Assembly: GCF_006345805.1 (NCBI RefSeq)
Contig: NC_043006.1
Coordinates: 3,596,001 to 3,660,000 of the forward strand
Source: Octopus sinensis
Lineage: Eukaryota
Length of the DNA stretch: 64,000 nucleotides
Reading direction: 5' to 3'
This document shows positions 37,501 through 52,020 of this stretch, piece by piece. A program made the translations under genes and the position numbers. Each line of letters opens with the position of its first letter. Positions within the stretch are counted from its first letter, which is position 1. The notes beneath the pieces were generated by a model that did not search any database, was not told the DNA's origin, and saw only the letters and a program-made list of their open reading frames with translations.

Positions 37501-37707
37501 CCTGTACTCGCCTTTGCTTCACTGCAGAATACTGATCGTCTACATCTACCTTAATTCCTCTTGTAGAGAGTGAGAAGATTGTTCTCGGAACCCTTTTGGA
37601 AAGTTAAAATAGGGATTAAATGAAAACGTGAGTTAAATGAATATCTTCACAAGAGTGATTGAAATAAATGGCGATTGTGTGTGTGTATACACACACACAC
37701 ACACACA

Positions 37708-37779
<72 letters not shown>

Positions 37780-37871
37780 TATATTATACTTAATGTATAT
37801 ACATTGTTGATAGGACAATTAATGCAGTATTTAATCTGACATAAGGTTTCTTATGGACATGTGCTAAAAAC

Positions 37872-38218
37872 AATGAATAATCGAAAGGGGCGAAAAGCTC
37901 ATATACCCCTGGCTATCGAGAACGTCAGAAATAAATCGGCCTTTTGAAATTTTTAATTAGAGCATACTCCAAGCAGGGCATACCCTTGGACGACAATTCG
38001 TCGCTTCCAATATAGGAAATAGTTAATAAAAAAAATTCGCTGATGTTGTAATTAGCCACTCGGCAGTATATAAAATCTGGTATGTGCAATAGAAACAGTA
38101 ATAAATTAAAATAGTGTTTCATGTATCATACTTACTTTATATATACTAAGATCGAACTGCATCAGGCCTTATCTCTGACCGCTGCTGAAATGAGTTTTCG
38201 TCCCTTCCGATATTCATT
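37872..38218. repeat. Degenerate inverted-repeat pair of about 30 bp, 290 bp apart
   Basis: aatgaataatcgaaaggggcgaaaagctcat versus atgagttttcgtcccttccgatattcatt. Confidence 0.45.
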
Positions 38219-38759
38219 ATGGTTTTAATACAGTACGTCCATAGGTGATATCATCTCAAGCCAAATATCATTTCAACTTGTCTATCGACGGTATATTTAA
38301 TGTGTATAATATATAGACTTATATATCTATCAGTCTATGTATCTATCTGAGGCAAGTTTTGCCTAGCGAATGTTTCAAAAAAAAGATGGGTGAATGTAGG
38401 AACTATGGCACGTATGAATGACGAAGCCACCTTGAGCATAATCCTATGAACCCGAAAAAATTTAAAAGAGAGAGAGTTACTTACTTGCAAATAAATGTGT
38501 TAACATGTGACATTAATGACCGAGGTTACTATGGTCTTTTCCGTAGGCTTTTCTTTCTATGGATAAATCTTATCTGCTTCCCCCTTTACACTTTACATCA
38601 TGACATTTCTGTGATACACGATCCCTATTGATCGAGAACCTACCCCACTTTTTTTCTCCCCCAAAAGAAAAGCTCTACTTTGTAATTTATCCCGTCTGTA
38701 TCCAGCCCTGTGTGGCTAATAAAGAAACATATCTATCTATCAATCCATCTCTCTCTCTC

Positions 38760-39560
<801 letters not shown>

Positions 39561-39649
39561 AAACAGTTCTATTCGTGCGTTATTTTGGGTGTATAATTCT
39601 GAAATTTCAACCATATGAATATAGCGATAAGCAGGTGAGTAAATATTTT

Positions 39650-40900
39650 ATTTTGTAAAGAGGCTGATGTGTGGCAAGTGAAAAGGAAGGGAGAGATGAG
39701 GAATGGACAGAAACGGACGATTAACTAAAATATCAGAAAGCAGACGAGTCATGTCTAATGAATGAATGAAGCCAGATATCTGGAAAGTTGAAATAAGTTA
39801 GCGATGAGGTGGAGTCTTGTAGTTGGTTATAAAATAGGTTTGCAACTGACTCATGAGCACAGAAACTAACTGGTGGGGGTAAAATACAAAGTGAGATGGT
39901 TATTGAAGGAAAGGAGCTCATGCAGATAAGCTGTTGTTGCTGCGAGTGTGCTCTGAATGTACACAAATCTGATCAAAAGCATTCCATCCGTAACTTTTTC
40001 GTATTTTCAAATTTCAGGTTAGTGCATCTAAAACTATGTTTCAGAATGCAGTATTCCTTTTTGAAGACGATAGGATGAAAGACGAAAAGCGTGTCTGTTA
40101 TTTCTAGCAGTTGAGTGACCATAGATGACTGGTGGGTGTGGGCTCACCTATCTTGAGGAATTTGCAATGCTCTGAACTTTTCAGTATTTCTGAAACCACT
40201 GAATTTGATGCCGTTAATGTTCCATTTAAACTATCGCCGATCAACACCACAGGAAGGACATGAGCTGAGAGGACATTCCAAAAGACCCATATTGTAAGTG
40301 AAAGAACTGGACAAGATGATTAGTATGGGCCGAAGCTGGAGGTTGGACCTAACAAGGCAGACGAGGAACAAAGAGGAGGAACAAGTGGAACTGTTCAGCT
40401 TGCGTTGAAGAAAACATTATAGTAACCAGAGATAAAACACCGGGAGGAAACACGGCGCTTGTAGACCATAGTTTGGTTCGGGTCCTTTTACTGATCGAAT
40501 ATTAATCAATCGAGTATCCCTTCTCTGGTATGGTCAAGGATGTCTAAATGCGTAGCAGCTGCACTCGTCATCGATGTGAAAACAGAAGTTCATTGTAGAC
40601 CTCGCTTGAGCCTTGTAGAAAGTTCAGTAACTATTGGGAGTTCAAATATTTTCTGACCTTCAAATGAAGTACTAGGCTTTTTAATGCGGTACTCACTGTG
40701 TTATGAGAGTATTTTCTCCAGAAGAGATCCTTAGTGATAATTAGACCCAGCATCGTGTGCAACAGTGAAGGCTCTAGCTAAATGTTGATCATGTATTCCC
40801 GACAGTGAAGTTATCTATAAAAGTGGGGAGATTTGTCTCAGAAAGAAGTAGGAAGTTTGGTTTATGTGTTAGGGGCGACCTGTTCCATTAAGGCTGGAGA
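39650..40900 (-). mobile_element. Very degenerate CR1/L2-like LINE RT C-terminal remnant
   Basis: Minus strand near 40500-40620 reads FYKAQARSTMNFCFHI and SAAATHLDILDH, resembling the YKAQVRPxMEYCSHIW...LDRIQ motif. Heavily interrupted. Confidence 0.45.
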
Positions 40901-41236
40901 GAAATCCTCATATGTTCAGGAAGATGAAAGAGAATTGGCCTAGTGAACTGAACCCCCCCCCCCTTTTTACATTATAAAGATGCGTAGAGGATGGTGGATC
41001 GTGTAATGTTAAAAGAAAATCCCTAAGACAGAAATGTGATTTGAATGCATATAACAAATCAAATACGTTTTAAAAAAAGTGGTGGAATGCTCTACCACTC
41101 CCCAAAATGATGGGGTCTGTATAAAACGAGGCTACATAAGGAAGAAAACAAGAGCAACCGAAAGACAGCAAGAAAAGGAACACAGCAAACATGAGACAAT
41201 ATTAGAATAGTGGTGGCAGAATCAGTATTGGTGTTG

Positions 41237-41312
<76 letters not shown>

Positions 41313-41584
41313 CAGCAGCAGCAACAAACGTGACAGAAGCAACTGTCGTAGAAGGAATGGACGATAAAGTGAGTTAAGACTGAGTTAGTTGACAATGTAG
41401 AGGTCAACATGGAGTGAGTGGGGAAATAAGGGCTCTGTAGCGATGTTCTTTTTCTAGCCATTGTTGTTGCTGTTGCCGGTGTGAAAAAATTGATATAAAA
41501 CATACAAACGTGGAAAGAGCATAGCCCTGGCTTGTGTGTAAATTTTCCACCTTATCATTCACACATATATATATATATATTATT

Positions 41585-41962
41585 TTCTTTTGTTCTTTTA
41601 CTTGTTTCAGTCATTTGACTGCGACCATGCTGGAGCACCGTCTTTAGTCGAACAGATCGACCTCAGAACGTTTTCTTTGTAAGCCTAGTACTTAGTGTAT
41701 CGGTCTCTTTGGCCGAATCACTAACTTACGGGGACGTAAATACATTAACATCGGTGTCAAGCGATGGTGTGAGAGGACAAACACAGACACACAAATGCAT
41801 ACACATATATATATACGACGGGATTCCTTCAGTTTCCGCCTACCAAATCCATTCACAAGGCCCGAGGCTATAGTTGAAGACACTTGCCCAAGGTGCCACG
41901 CAGTCGGACTGAACTCGGGACCATGCGGTTGGGAAGCACGCTTCTTACCACACAGCCACTTC
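41585..41962 (-). mobile_element. SINE family C, near full-length
   Basis: Colinear with 7781-8248. Confidence 0.85.
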
Positions 41963-42339
41963 AATTTGGGCACATATATCAGGCACGAGTTATTATTTAC
42001 CAACATTGAAATATGAAACCATCATCCGATAAGGTCTCCAAGACGCAAATGTTATAATGACCTTCAGCTGCTATTTCATGTTACGCATTAAAGAACAATA
42101 AAAATATAGATGCAAAGCTTAAGCATGTCTGCGCGAAATTAACCGATAAACAAACACGAAACATGACGTAGTTTTAAAGAAACCAGTAACTGTTTTCTTT
42201 ATGCGTGAGAGAAAGAGAGCGAAGGAAAGAGAGAACAAAAGCCTGTGTTATGAATATAGAAATTGTTAAATAAAGCTCTCAGAATTAGAATTCGATAAAA
42301 TGGCTTGCGTCTATTACATTTATATTATTGTTTTTCACT

Positions 42340-42545
42340 CAAAGCCAGCAGAATCGTTAGCGATCCGGTCAAAATGCTTCGCGGCATTTCGTCCGTCTTT
42401 ACATTGCGAGTTCAATTACGGCCGGCGTCGACCTTGCCTTTCATCCTTTCCGGGTCGCTAAAATAAGTACCAGTTGAGCACCGGGATCGATGTAATCGAC
42501 TTACCCTCTTCCTCTAGATTACTGGCCTTGAACGAAATTTTGAAA
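42340..42545 (+). mobile_element. SINE family A copy
   Basis: gcagaatcgttagc...gtcgaccttgcctttcatcctttccgggtcg. Confidence 0.8.
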
Positions 42546-42779
42546 TCCTTAGTCTTTTTTGTTCAGTCCACACCAATTTTTGGCTAGTTCGGGTTTCTTT
42601 CATTTTATATCGCTATTGGTCTCATTTGTCGGAGGCTTTTTGTCGCTTCAAAGAAGTAATAGTGGTGGTGGGGCGTTAATAAGTGTTATTCTGAGGCTAG
42701 GACCATAGAGGACAATTTGTCAATATCTGACTATTATGCCAGAACAATTTCGTTACTACCAGCTAAGCTGGTCAGTCAA

Positions 42780-43330
42780 GGATGTGTTAGTATGTTGTAA
42801 TAGATGCTAGTCGTCAAATGATCCCACATCGTCCTTGGTCAGAGATGTCCAGCCGATACGTCTCTCCCTGCGTTGAAAAGATGTTAATTCTTCGTTTTCA
42901 CATTTTTTTCTGCAAAGTTTGATATTGTTTTCTCGGGCTTCGAATTTTTGAAATTCCTGTTTGCATTTGTACATCAATCATTTAAAATTTTGGTTCATTG
43001 AAGTTTGCTTTTAGCCGTAATAGCTGGGTTTCCATTCTGAATTTCTCGAGAACCATCTTTTCTCTAAGTTTTTGTTATTGTTTGGGTTCATTAGCGACAG
43101 GTTTTATTTGTAATTCCAATGGGAGGACGATCGCTGTTGAATTGAGCCGTTTTTCATATATTTCCGCTTTGCCATTATTTTTAATGAAGTTCCAAAAGAA
43201 AAATTGACGGACTGCGAAGTCTTGGTTCCATTTATGTTTAAAAGTGTTTTCGATTGCAAACGTTTCTCGCAGTCGGTTAATGTTATCTTGTTGTTCAATT
43301 TTTGGATTTTGTTCCGGCTTCTGGATTATA
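42780..43330 (-). pseudogene. Decayed coding remnant of unknown family, predicted helical; possibly a retroelement ORF
   Basis: One frame reads FKHKWNQDFAVRQFFFWNFIKNNGKAEIYEKRLNSTAIVLPLELQIKPVANEPKQ*QKLREKMVLEKFRMETQLLRLKANFNEPKF*MIDVQMQ, with only isolated stops. Confidence 0.4.
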
Positions 43331-43677
43331 CATTCTTTTCACAAGTTTCTTTGGCGAGAAAAAGAGACTGAATGCGATTTAGACGACGCTGGTAGCTATT
43401 ATCAATGTACAAAAATGTTGGTCCATAGCGTACGTGGAAATGAAAATTATAAATAATTAGATTAAATATGAGCTTTGTTTGGTCTTTAAGTATCAATAAG
43501 GATTATGAGATACCGGCTTTACTAGAGAACTTGAGCTTATAATAGACTCTAAATTTATATAGGTTTCACGCATGTAAATCTCAGTTTTCTGTGTTGGCGT
43601 GTGTATATATGTGCGTGTGTGTGTGAATGCGCGCGCGCATGTGTGTGTGCGTGTGTGTGTGTGCGCGCGCGCGCGTG

Positions 43678-43717
<40 letters not shown>

Positions 43718-44149
43718 TGTGTGTAAATACAGACGCGCACAATATATTTCTGTGTCGCCTTGTATGTGTGGAATTATCCGATTAAGCCGATTTGGTAAAA
43801 ATTCTTATGAATTTTGGATATTTCGATGTTTATATCATATTTTCAGTCTTTATTCGATTCCGAGCTTTGTTTGATTATCATTAGTGCTGCAATATTAAGC
43901 TGGTTATGAAACTTGTTTGTTGCATATTATTAAAATACGCATGCATGTGCACATGTGCACTCGCAACCGCCCTATATGAGTTAGTCTGTGCATATTTAAA
44001 AGATTTCTACTATATACGCAATAGTCAAACATAATTCATCGTCAGAAATGGGTCGGCATTAAAAAAAGGTCGACAAACGTTTGTTATGGATTCAATGAAT
44101 CGTGTTTAACAGATAGATGTACACTTGAGTGCATTCTTTTATATAACTA

Positions 44150-44650
44150 TTTATGTTTGTGCAAGTGTATGTGTGTGTGTGTGTGCGTGTGTGTGAGTGT
44201 ATGTGTGTATGTGTGTGTGTGTGTGAGTGTGTGTGTGTGTATGTGTGTGTGTGAGTGTGTGAGTGTATGTGTGTGTGTGAGTGTGTGTGTGTGTGGTGTG
44301 GTGTGTGGTGTGTGTGTGGTGTGTGTGTGTGAGTGTATGTGTGTGTGAGTGTGTGTGGTGAGTGTGTGTGTGTGAGTGTGTGTGTGTGTGTGTGAGTGTA
44401 TGTGTGTGGGTGTGGGTGTATGTGTGTGTGAGTGTGTGAGTGTATGGTGTGTGTGTGAGTGTGTGTGGTGTGTGTGAGTGTATGTGTGTGTGTGAGTGTG
44501 TGTGTGTGTTGTGTGTGTGTGTGTGTGTATGTGTGTGGGTGTGGGTGTATGTGTGTGTGTGAGTGGTGTGAGTGTGTGTGTGTGTGAGTGTATGTTGTGT
44601 GTGAGTGTATGTGTGAGTGTGTGCGTGTGTGTGAGTGTGTGTGTGTGTTT
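44150..44650. repeat. Degenerate (TG)n array with GAG/GTA/GGT variants
   Basis: Directly visible. Confidence 0.95.
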
Positions 44651-45051
44651 ACTTAGAGTGTTGCTGCCTTGTTGTAAAGCCACCTGATAACTGTTATTGT
44701 GCTTGTTCACATATAAAGCCAATGCGATGTTTATCTTGAGCATTCACAGACCAGACCACGTTTCAGGGCAACGTCTGCTAGTTTTTAGTATCAGGAACCG
44801 TCGTCATCATCATTTAACATCCATGTTCCCTGCTGGCACACGGGTTAGATGGTTTGACAAGGATTCCAATAAGTCAAGGAGACCAGTAGGTTCAACTCTC
44901 AGTTCAGCTGCAGGCAGCAGTTCTGTATCATTAAAAAGTTCACTCCACAACCATGTCAGTCCCATGTTTGGCCCTACACCATGACACTTTGAGTGAGTGC
45001 CTTCTGTCGTAGCCTTGGGTTGACCAATATCTTTGGAATTTGATGGATGGA

Positions 45052-45091
<40 letters not shown>

Positions 45092-45829
45092 GTGTATGCG
45101 TGAGCCTGTATATATAACACAATAGTAATACAAGCCCAAGTAAACTCACACGCGCATGCGCTCACACATAAACACACACAAATATCACAGAACTCATATA
45201 CCCCCATCTACAAGAACACACGAATGCTCACACACTGGCATACATACAGACGCATATATCTAAACGCAAGCACGGGCACAAACCATACAATCAAGCAAAA
45301 TGGATGTTTAAAAGCAACGGACGATAATATTATTAATTACTGCTGGGCTGTGTTTATGCAAGCAACCGAATCGATTGTTTCCCTTTGTCATGCGTCTTGT
45401 AAAACCTATCGTCTGCAGCAGACACATCATAAACAGACGTACACAGAATGTTCAGCGCGTCATCATAGTATCTATTTAGTAATTCCATTTAGATCACTTA
45501 AATGTCTAAACTATTCTTTCTGTTGCACTAGTACAGTTTAATTTTGACTTATACCTATCGATTTATTATTTTACCATTGCTCTCGGTCGTTCAACGACGC
45601 CCTTGTCGTCTGTCGCCCCTCACCCCCCCACACACCTTATATGGTCTTCTCTATCTTCTTTACAATCTATAAGTTTTTCGTGTTTTCCTGTTTTTTTTTT
45701 GTTTCATTTCATCTTCTTCTTGTAACTGTCTTTGTTGTTGGGGGTTGTAGTTGTTGTTGTTGTTGCCTTGCGTGTGCAGTTGTTCTTTTCGTCTTTATTT
45801 TTTCTGCTTCATGATCAGGAACACCATGT

Positions 45830-45986
45830 TCATATCTACCATCATCATCGTCATCAGTATCATTATCATCAACAACAATAACCTTTCTTCTTCTTCTTCT
45901 TCTTCTTCTTCTTCTTCTTCTTCTTCTTCTTCTTCTTCTTCTTCTTCTTCTTCTTCTCTTTCTTCTTCCTCTACTGATGCTGTTGC

Positions 45987-46026
<40 letters not shown>

Positions 46027-46253
46027 ACAACAACAACAACAACAACAACAACGTTTTTCTTCTCCTGCTTCTCTTCATCTTTATCTTCTGCATTTTCTGT
46101 TTTTCTTCCTCTTCATCATATTCATCTTCTTCATCTTCTGCTTCTCTTCCTCTTTATCTCCTTCTGCATCTTCTGCTTCTCTTCCTCTTCAGCGTCTTCT
46201 GCATCCTGTTCTCTACTTTTCCTCCTACGTCTTCCATTAACGTCATTGAAAGA

Positions 46254-46324
<71 letters not shown>

Positions 46325-46325
46325 A
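45830..46325. repeat. Compound (TTC)n(CAT)n(CAA)n...(AAT)n array
   Basis: Directly visible. Confidence 0.95.
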
Positions 46326-46859
46326 ACAGGCGTTAATGTCTAAATTATTGTTATCATTCCCGTAGTTATTGTTGCCGTTTCTCGCCTCCTCATCCTTCAC
46401 AGTCATCTTTCATTGTTGGTTCATACATCTCGTTGCCATAGATCTAGCCTTAACCTCTCCCACTACTTCTCGTCACCTACCCCCCCCCCCATCGTCATCC
46501 TCATTCTACTTATACCAACTTTCCTACCTAACTCCAATCTGTTTCATCATTTGTTCCTATGCTTACAATGGACATCGATCCATTAGCAGATGATCTGTGA
46601 CCAAGCCTTCTCATGTCTTATCTAGAACAGTATTGTTTAGATATATATTTTTTTTCTGTGTTGTTTAGTGGAGCATCTACTGTTTTTGTTCATTTTCTGT
46701 TGTTAGGCACCGAATCATAACGTGTCGTGTGGTTAACACATTGCATAGGAAATGATTTCATCCCACCTACACTTCTTTCCCTCTTTCTCTTCCCTTAACT
46801 ATATGTAAAAATATAAAAATATAGAAACACACGCACATACATATGTATAAATATACATA

Positions 46860-46901
<42 letters not shown>

Positions 46902-47111
46902 ATATATTATATATATAATGTATGTATGTATGTATGTATGTATGTATGTGTGGGCCAAATCTATATAAATAGACACCAACTTACGTGACTATATACTACT
47001 TATTTATATCTATCTACAAGCCCGTCTTGTAGATATCTTTTTATTTATTTGACAGTCAGTTAGTATATCGACCTATCTATCAAGCTATCAATCTATCCGT
47101 CAATCGATGCA

Positions 47112-47147
<36 letters not shown>

Positions 47148-47169
47148 TGTATGTATGTATGTATGTATG

Positions 47170-47206
<37 letters not shown>

Positions 47207-47260
47207 GTATATATATATACATATGTGTGTGTGTGTGTGTATGTATTATATGTATTCAGG

Positions 47261-47698
47261 TGGAACAGACTCATAGTTGGGTAATACATACATACACGCC
47301 TATATATGTGAGTGCGTGCGTTCATAGCATGTATTTCATATATATATATATATATACCTATTACTTTCATTGCATTCATCCACTCTTTTAGTGTTTCCTC
47401 CCTGTTTTATTTTTCTTTTGTTAGAGTTTTTGGCTTTATTCATCTGCTTCTTGCCTTCTATGAATTACTTCCTTTTGTCTGCCTAAACGATTCCCATAGA
47501 GATGACGGACTCACAAAGAAAGAAAAATAACTTGTCTCTAATATACGTTTTAGTACTTATACATCTACATCTATACATATATGTGTGCACCTTATATATG
47601 TGCGTATGTGTGTGTGTTTGTGTAAGTATATATATATATATATATATGCATATATATGTATATATGCATATATATACACAAACACATGTACATATAGA

Positions 47699-47743
<45 letters not shown>

Positions 47744-47832
47744 CATATATATATGTGTGTGTGTGTGTGTGTATAGGAAGTGAGATTACACAATATATCA
47801 ATGTATGTCTATGTATGCATATATATATATAC

Positions 47833-47870
<38 letters not shown>

Positions 47871-47941
47871 CATGCTATGAACGCACGCACTCACATATAT
47901 AGGCGTGTATGTATGTATTACCCAACTATGAGTCTGTTCCA
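47261..47941. repeat. 76-bp inverted duplication (47261-47336 / 47866-47941) within a (TA)n/(TG)n field
   Basis: tggaacagactcatagttgggtaat...gttcatagcatgtattt and its exact reverse complement. Confidence 0.9.
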
Positions 47942-47962
47942 TATATATATATATATGTATGC

Positions 47963-47994
<32 letters not shown>

Positions 47995-48480
47995 GGAGAG
48001 CGAAAGTGTGTGTGTGAGAGAGAGAGAGATGTTATACATGAACTCACGAACTTGTCAACAGGTCATTCCTCTATAAGGATCGATAAATCAATCAATTGAT
48101 TATGATTTGAATATCTTATTTTCCTTTTGGCGACAAAAATGTATTCACGAATACAATGAAATCATATATAGTGGCAGCACTTCATCTGTACACATCTAGA
48201 CACTCATTGAAATCTGTACAAACCGATATACTCTTGTGTATTTGTTTGTTTGTTTGTTATGTATGCGCATGCATGCATTACGTATGTATGGATGCAGGTA
48301 TGTATGTATTTATGTATGTGTGTATATATATATATCGAGAGAGAGAGATTACTATTGTTGTTGCTGTTGTTGTAATACTTCTTGTTTTTCTTCTTCTTCA
48401 TCATCATATTCTTCTTCTTTTTCTTCTTCTTCTTCTTCTTCTTCTTCTTCTTCTTCTTCTTCTTCTTCTTCTTCTTCTGC

Positions 48481-48565
<85 letters not shown>

Positions 48566-48566
48566 T

Positions 48567-49103
48567 GAGTGAGAGAGCAGCGCATGCCATCAAAGTGACA
48601 TTGGGATACAAATATACAAAGCCGAATATACTCATCACGACCACCCGGTTGATAAGCGTTCACCAGGCACATGTATCACAAACATATGTGGGTAACATGG
48701 TGACCTGATATCAAAATAGACAGCGTATGAACTTGGAGATGAGGCTCAGTTATATCTTTAGACAGGTCGACTAGCCCATCCCACTCAAAAGGGCCCTGAA
48801 TAAGAGTTATTTAAGAACGATGAACGAAACACTCATGAAACCATGGGTAAATTTTTCAAATCCCAAAGGCTTCCCCTCAACACATGGCTATGATGCTCCC
48901 CCACTACTCCTGCTCGTAATCAGAGATGAACGTATCCTCAGCCACAAAGGGACATGCTCAACTGGTTAAAGTCAAGCAACTGACAAGAAAATCTGTGGTA
49001 TTGAGCGGAATATTTGCACCAAGACAAAACATATACATAACACTTCCAATTAGTTAAGATCAGAAGACATGATAGCCACTGTCTAGTACTGCTTCAATGC
49101 ATT
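48567..49103. mobile_element. Fixed-ended non-coding element of about 540 bp in (TTA)n, copy J1
   Basis: Colinear end to end with 57777-58306; no ORF; TTA-type tracts on both sides. Confidence 0.85.
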
Positions 49104-49248
49104 TATCATCACCATTATACTCCACATCCTCATCCTCATCCTCCTCCTCATCATCATTATTATAATTATTGCTGTTGTTGTTGTTGCTCTTCTTCTTCTT
49201 CTTCTTCTTCTTCTTCTTCTTCTTCTTCTTCTTCTTCTCTTCTTCTTC

Positions 49249-49315
<67 letters not shown>

Positions 49316-49331
49316 CATTATTATTATTATT

Positions 49332-49735
49332 TAGGCGACAAGCTGGCAGAAACGTTAGCACGCCGGGCGAAATGCTTAGCGGTATTTCGCCTGCCGTTAC
49401 GTTCTGAGTTCAAATTCCGCCGAGGTCGACTTTGCCTTTCATCCTTTCGGGGTCGATTAAATAAGTACCAGTTACGCACTCGGGTCGATGTAATCGACTT
49501 AATCCGTGTGCCGGTCCCTGTTTGTCCCCTCTGAGTTTAGCCCCTTGTGGGTAGTAAAGAAATAGGTATTTCGTCTCTGTCTATGTTCTGAGTTCAAATT
49601 CTGCCAAGGTGAAATTTGCCTTTCATCCTTTCGGAGTCGATAAATTAAATACCAGCGAAACACTGAGGGCGATGTAATTGACTTGTTCAATCCCTCAAAT
49701 TTCAGCCTTGTGCCTGAAGTAGAAGGGATTATTGC
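49332..49735 (+). mobile_element. SINE family A, dimeric copy
   Basis: Same organisation as 3342-3720; preceded by (TTA)n. Confidence 0.85.
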
Positions 49736-49839
49736 TATTATCATCATCATCATGCACAGCAACAATGTTCTTCTTAATACGAGTTACGAACAAGTTTAGA
49801 CAATCTTTATCTTCATGATTATTATTATTATTATTATTA

Positions 49840-49918
<79 letters not shown>

Positions 49919-51420
49919 GTTCTTTGCGCAGCTTCTAACCCTGGAGATATACTATGGTGTCAGCTGTTCCTAGTTCTTCTGTCTACAAAAGGTGTTGATT
50001 ATCGAAGTAATGATACTGCCCAAGTATTTACAGCCTTCACTAGATTCGGACCAACTAGCTTTGATTTAATTTGCTTCCTCACCCTTCTGATGTACTCCTC
50101 AATTTTCGTTTTCATTTCTATAGTTAGAAGTCTGTTAAATTCTTATACTCCTAGATATTTATAACTCTCTCCTTCTTTTAATGATTTTAATGTGTGGTCA
50201 TCTGGTAATTGGATGCCTTCACTATTGACCACCTGTCCTCTTTTCATGGCTAATCTTCTACACGAATCCATGCCAAATTCCATGTCTATATCTTTGCTGA
50301 TGGGTCTTACAGTCTGTATTAAGGAATCTGTCTCTTTTTCATTCTTACTGAAAAGATTCAGACCATCCATGGAGAGCAAATGGTTGACTTTTCCCGTACC
50401 ATTTCTTAACTGATACCCTGCCTCTGCTTTCCTTAACACTAAACTGAGGGGTATCAAGCATAAGACAAATATTAAAGGGGACAACGAGTCTCCTTGGAAA
50501 ATTCCTCTCTTGATATTAACATTCCGTAAGACCATATCACCTGAGTAGAGATGTACTTTCCATTTCTTCAGGCTAACGCTAATTAATTCCCTTATGTTGT
50601 CTGCTACACTGAATATACTCAAACATTCACTTATCCATGAGTGTGGGATTATGTCGTAGGCTACTTTGTAATCTATCCCTGCTATTGTTAGATTTTTCTT
50701 TCTAGCTTTTATTTCATTTAGAACTGATTTGTCTATTATAATTGATTATGCGTGCTTCTAGCCTTCTTTCTGAAACCTTTCTCTTCCTTTGGCGGTAAAT
50801 TCTGGTTGTCAAGGTACTCGTAAAAGCTTTCTGAAAGTATTCCTGTTAACTACTCCTACACGAACGGTAAGCAAGTGATTGGTCTATAATTGCTAGCTAT
50901 ATTACCTTTGCTTCTATCTCTCGTAGTGATTATTGGTCTCCCTCTAGTCATCCGATCTGGTATTATTTCTCAATTCAGGCAATCCTGATGTTGTTCCCTC
51001 AGCCTCCCATATAAGCTATTAAATTTCTTTAGCCTGTACCCTTGAAATAAATCTGGTCTTGGGCCCTTCCAATTCGGCATTTTTCCTAATACTTTACTCA
51101 TTAATACACTAATCAGTCTTAGATCTGGCTGCTTTTCACTCACTACTTCTCTCACTTTCTTTAGCCATACTGCATCTTCATTATGATTGACTGGCTTATC
51201 TTAAATATTAACCCAGAACTTTCTAGCTTCGACTGCATTAAGTATCTCATATTCAGTACTTTCTTCTCCCCTATTTATTTGGTTATAAAATCTCCACTGG
51301 TCTGTTCTCTTGACACTGATCTTTTTTCTATCTGGAAAGCTTACCTGCTAATGCTATGACACGCTGTTTTGAGTCTTCTATAACTCTCCCAAATCCTTTT
51401 TCTTTGACTAATTTTCTTTT
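49919..51420 (-). mobile_element. Degenerate R4/Dong-clade element with internal deletions (copy I)
   Basis: ORF 50143-50622 (GIFQGDSLSPLIFVLCLIPLS, VNHLLSMDGL, YKYLGV), ORF 50970-51155 (PNWKGPRPD) and NYRPITCLP near 50880. 3' end abuts (TAA)n 49820-49918. Confidence 0.85.
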
Positions 51421-51424
51421 CTCA

Positions 51425-51765
51425 AGAAATTAGATCGACCCCAGTACGCAACAGGTACTTAATTTATCGACCCCGAAATTATGAGAGGCAAAGTCGACCC
51501 CGGCGGAATTTGAGTTCAGAACGTAAGACAGACGAAATACCTGTTTTTTTTATTACCCACAAGGGGCTAAACACAGAGAGGACAAACAAGGTCAGATAAA
51601 CGGATTAAGTCGATTGTATCGACCTCAGTGCGTAACTGGTACTTAATTTATCGACCCCGAAAGGATGAAAGGCAAAGTCAACCTCGGCGGAAGTTGAACT
51701 CAGAACGTAGCGGCTGACGAAATACGGCTACGCATTTCGCCCGGCGTGCTAACGTTTCTGCCAGC
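51425..51765 (-). mobile_element. SINE family A, dimeric copy
   Basis: Two central blocks at about 51435-51545 and 51600-51765. Confidence 0.85.
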
Positions 51766-51920
51766 TTGATGTCTTCTCTCGTACCTACATTAAGTCATCG
51801 GTATTGATGCATTGCTATCAAAATTTCAGCATATACATATACGCATACATACATACATACATACGAACATACATACACACATACATACATACATACATAC
51901 ATACGAACATACATACACAC

Positions 51921-52020
<100 letters not shown>

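Noticed and set aside
37872-38218. A3-U8 hammerhead variant in both arms of the inverted repeat (ATGAATA...GAAAA)
   Set aside because: Helix I does not pair and helix II is broken in both arms. Only a family consensus could rescue the idea.
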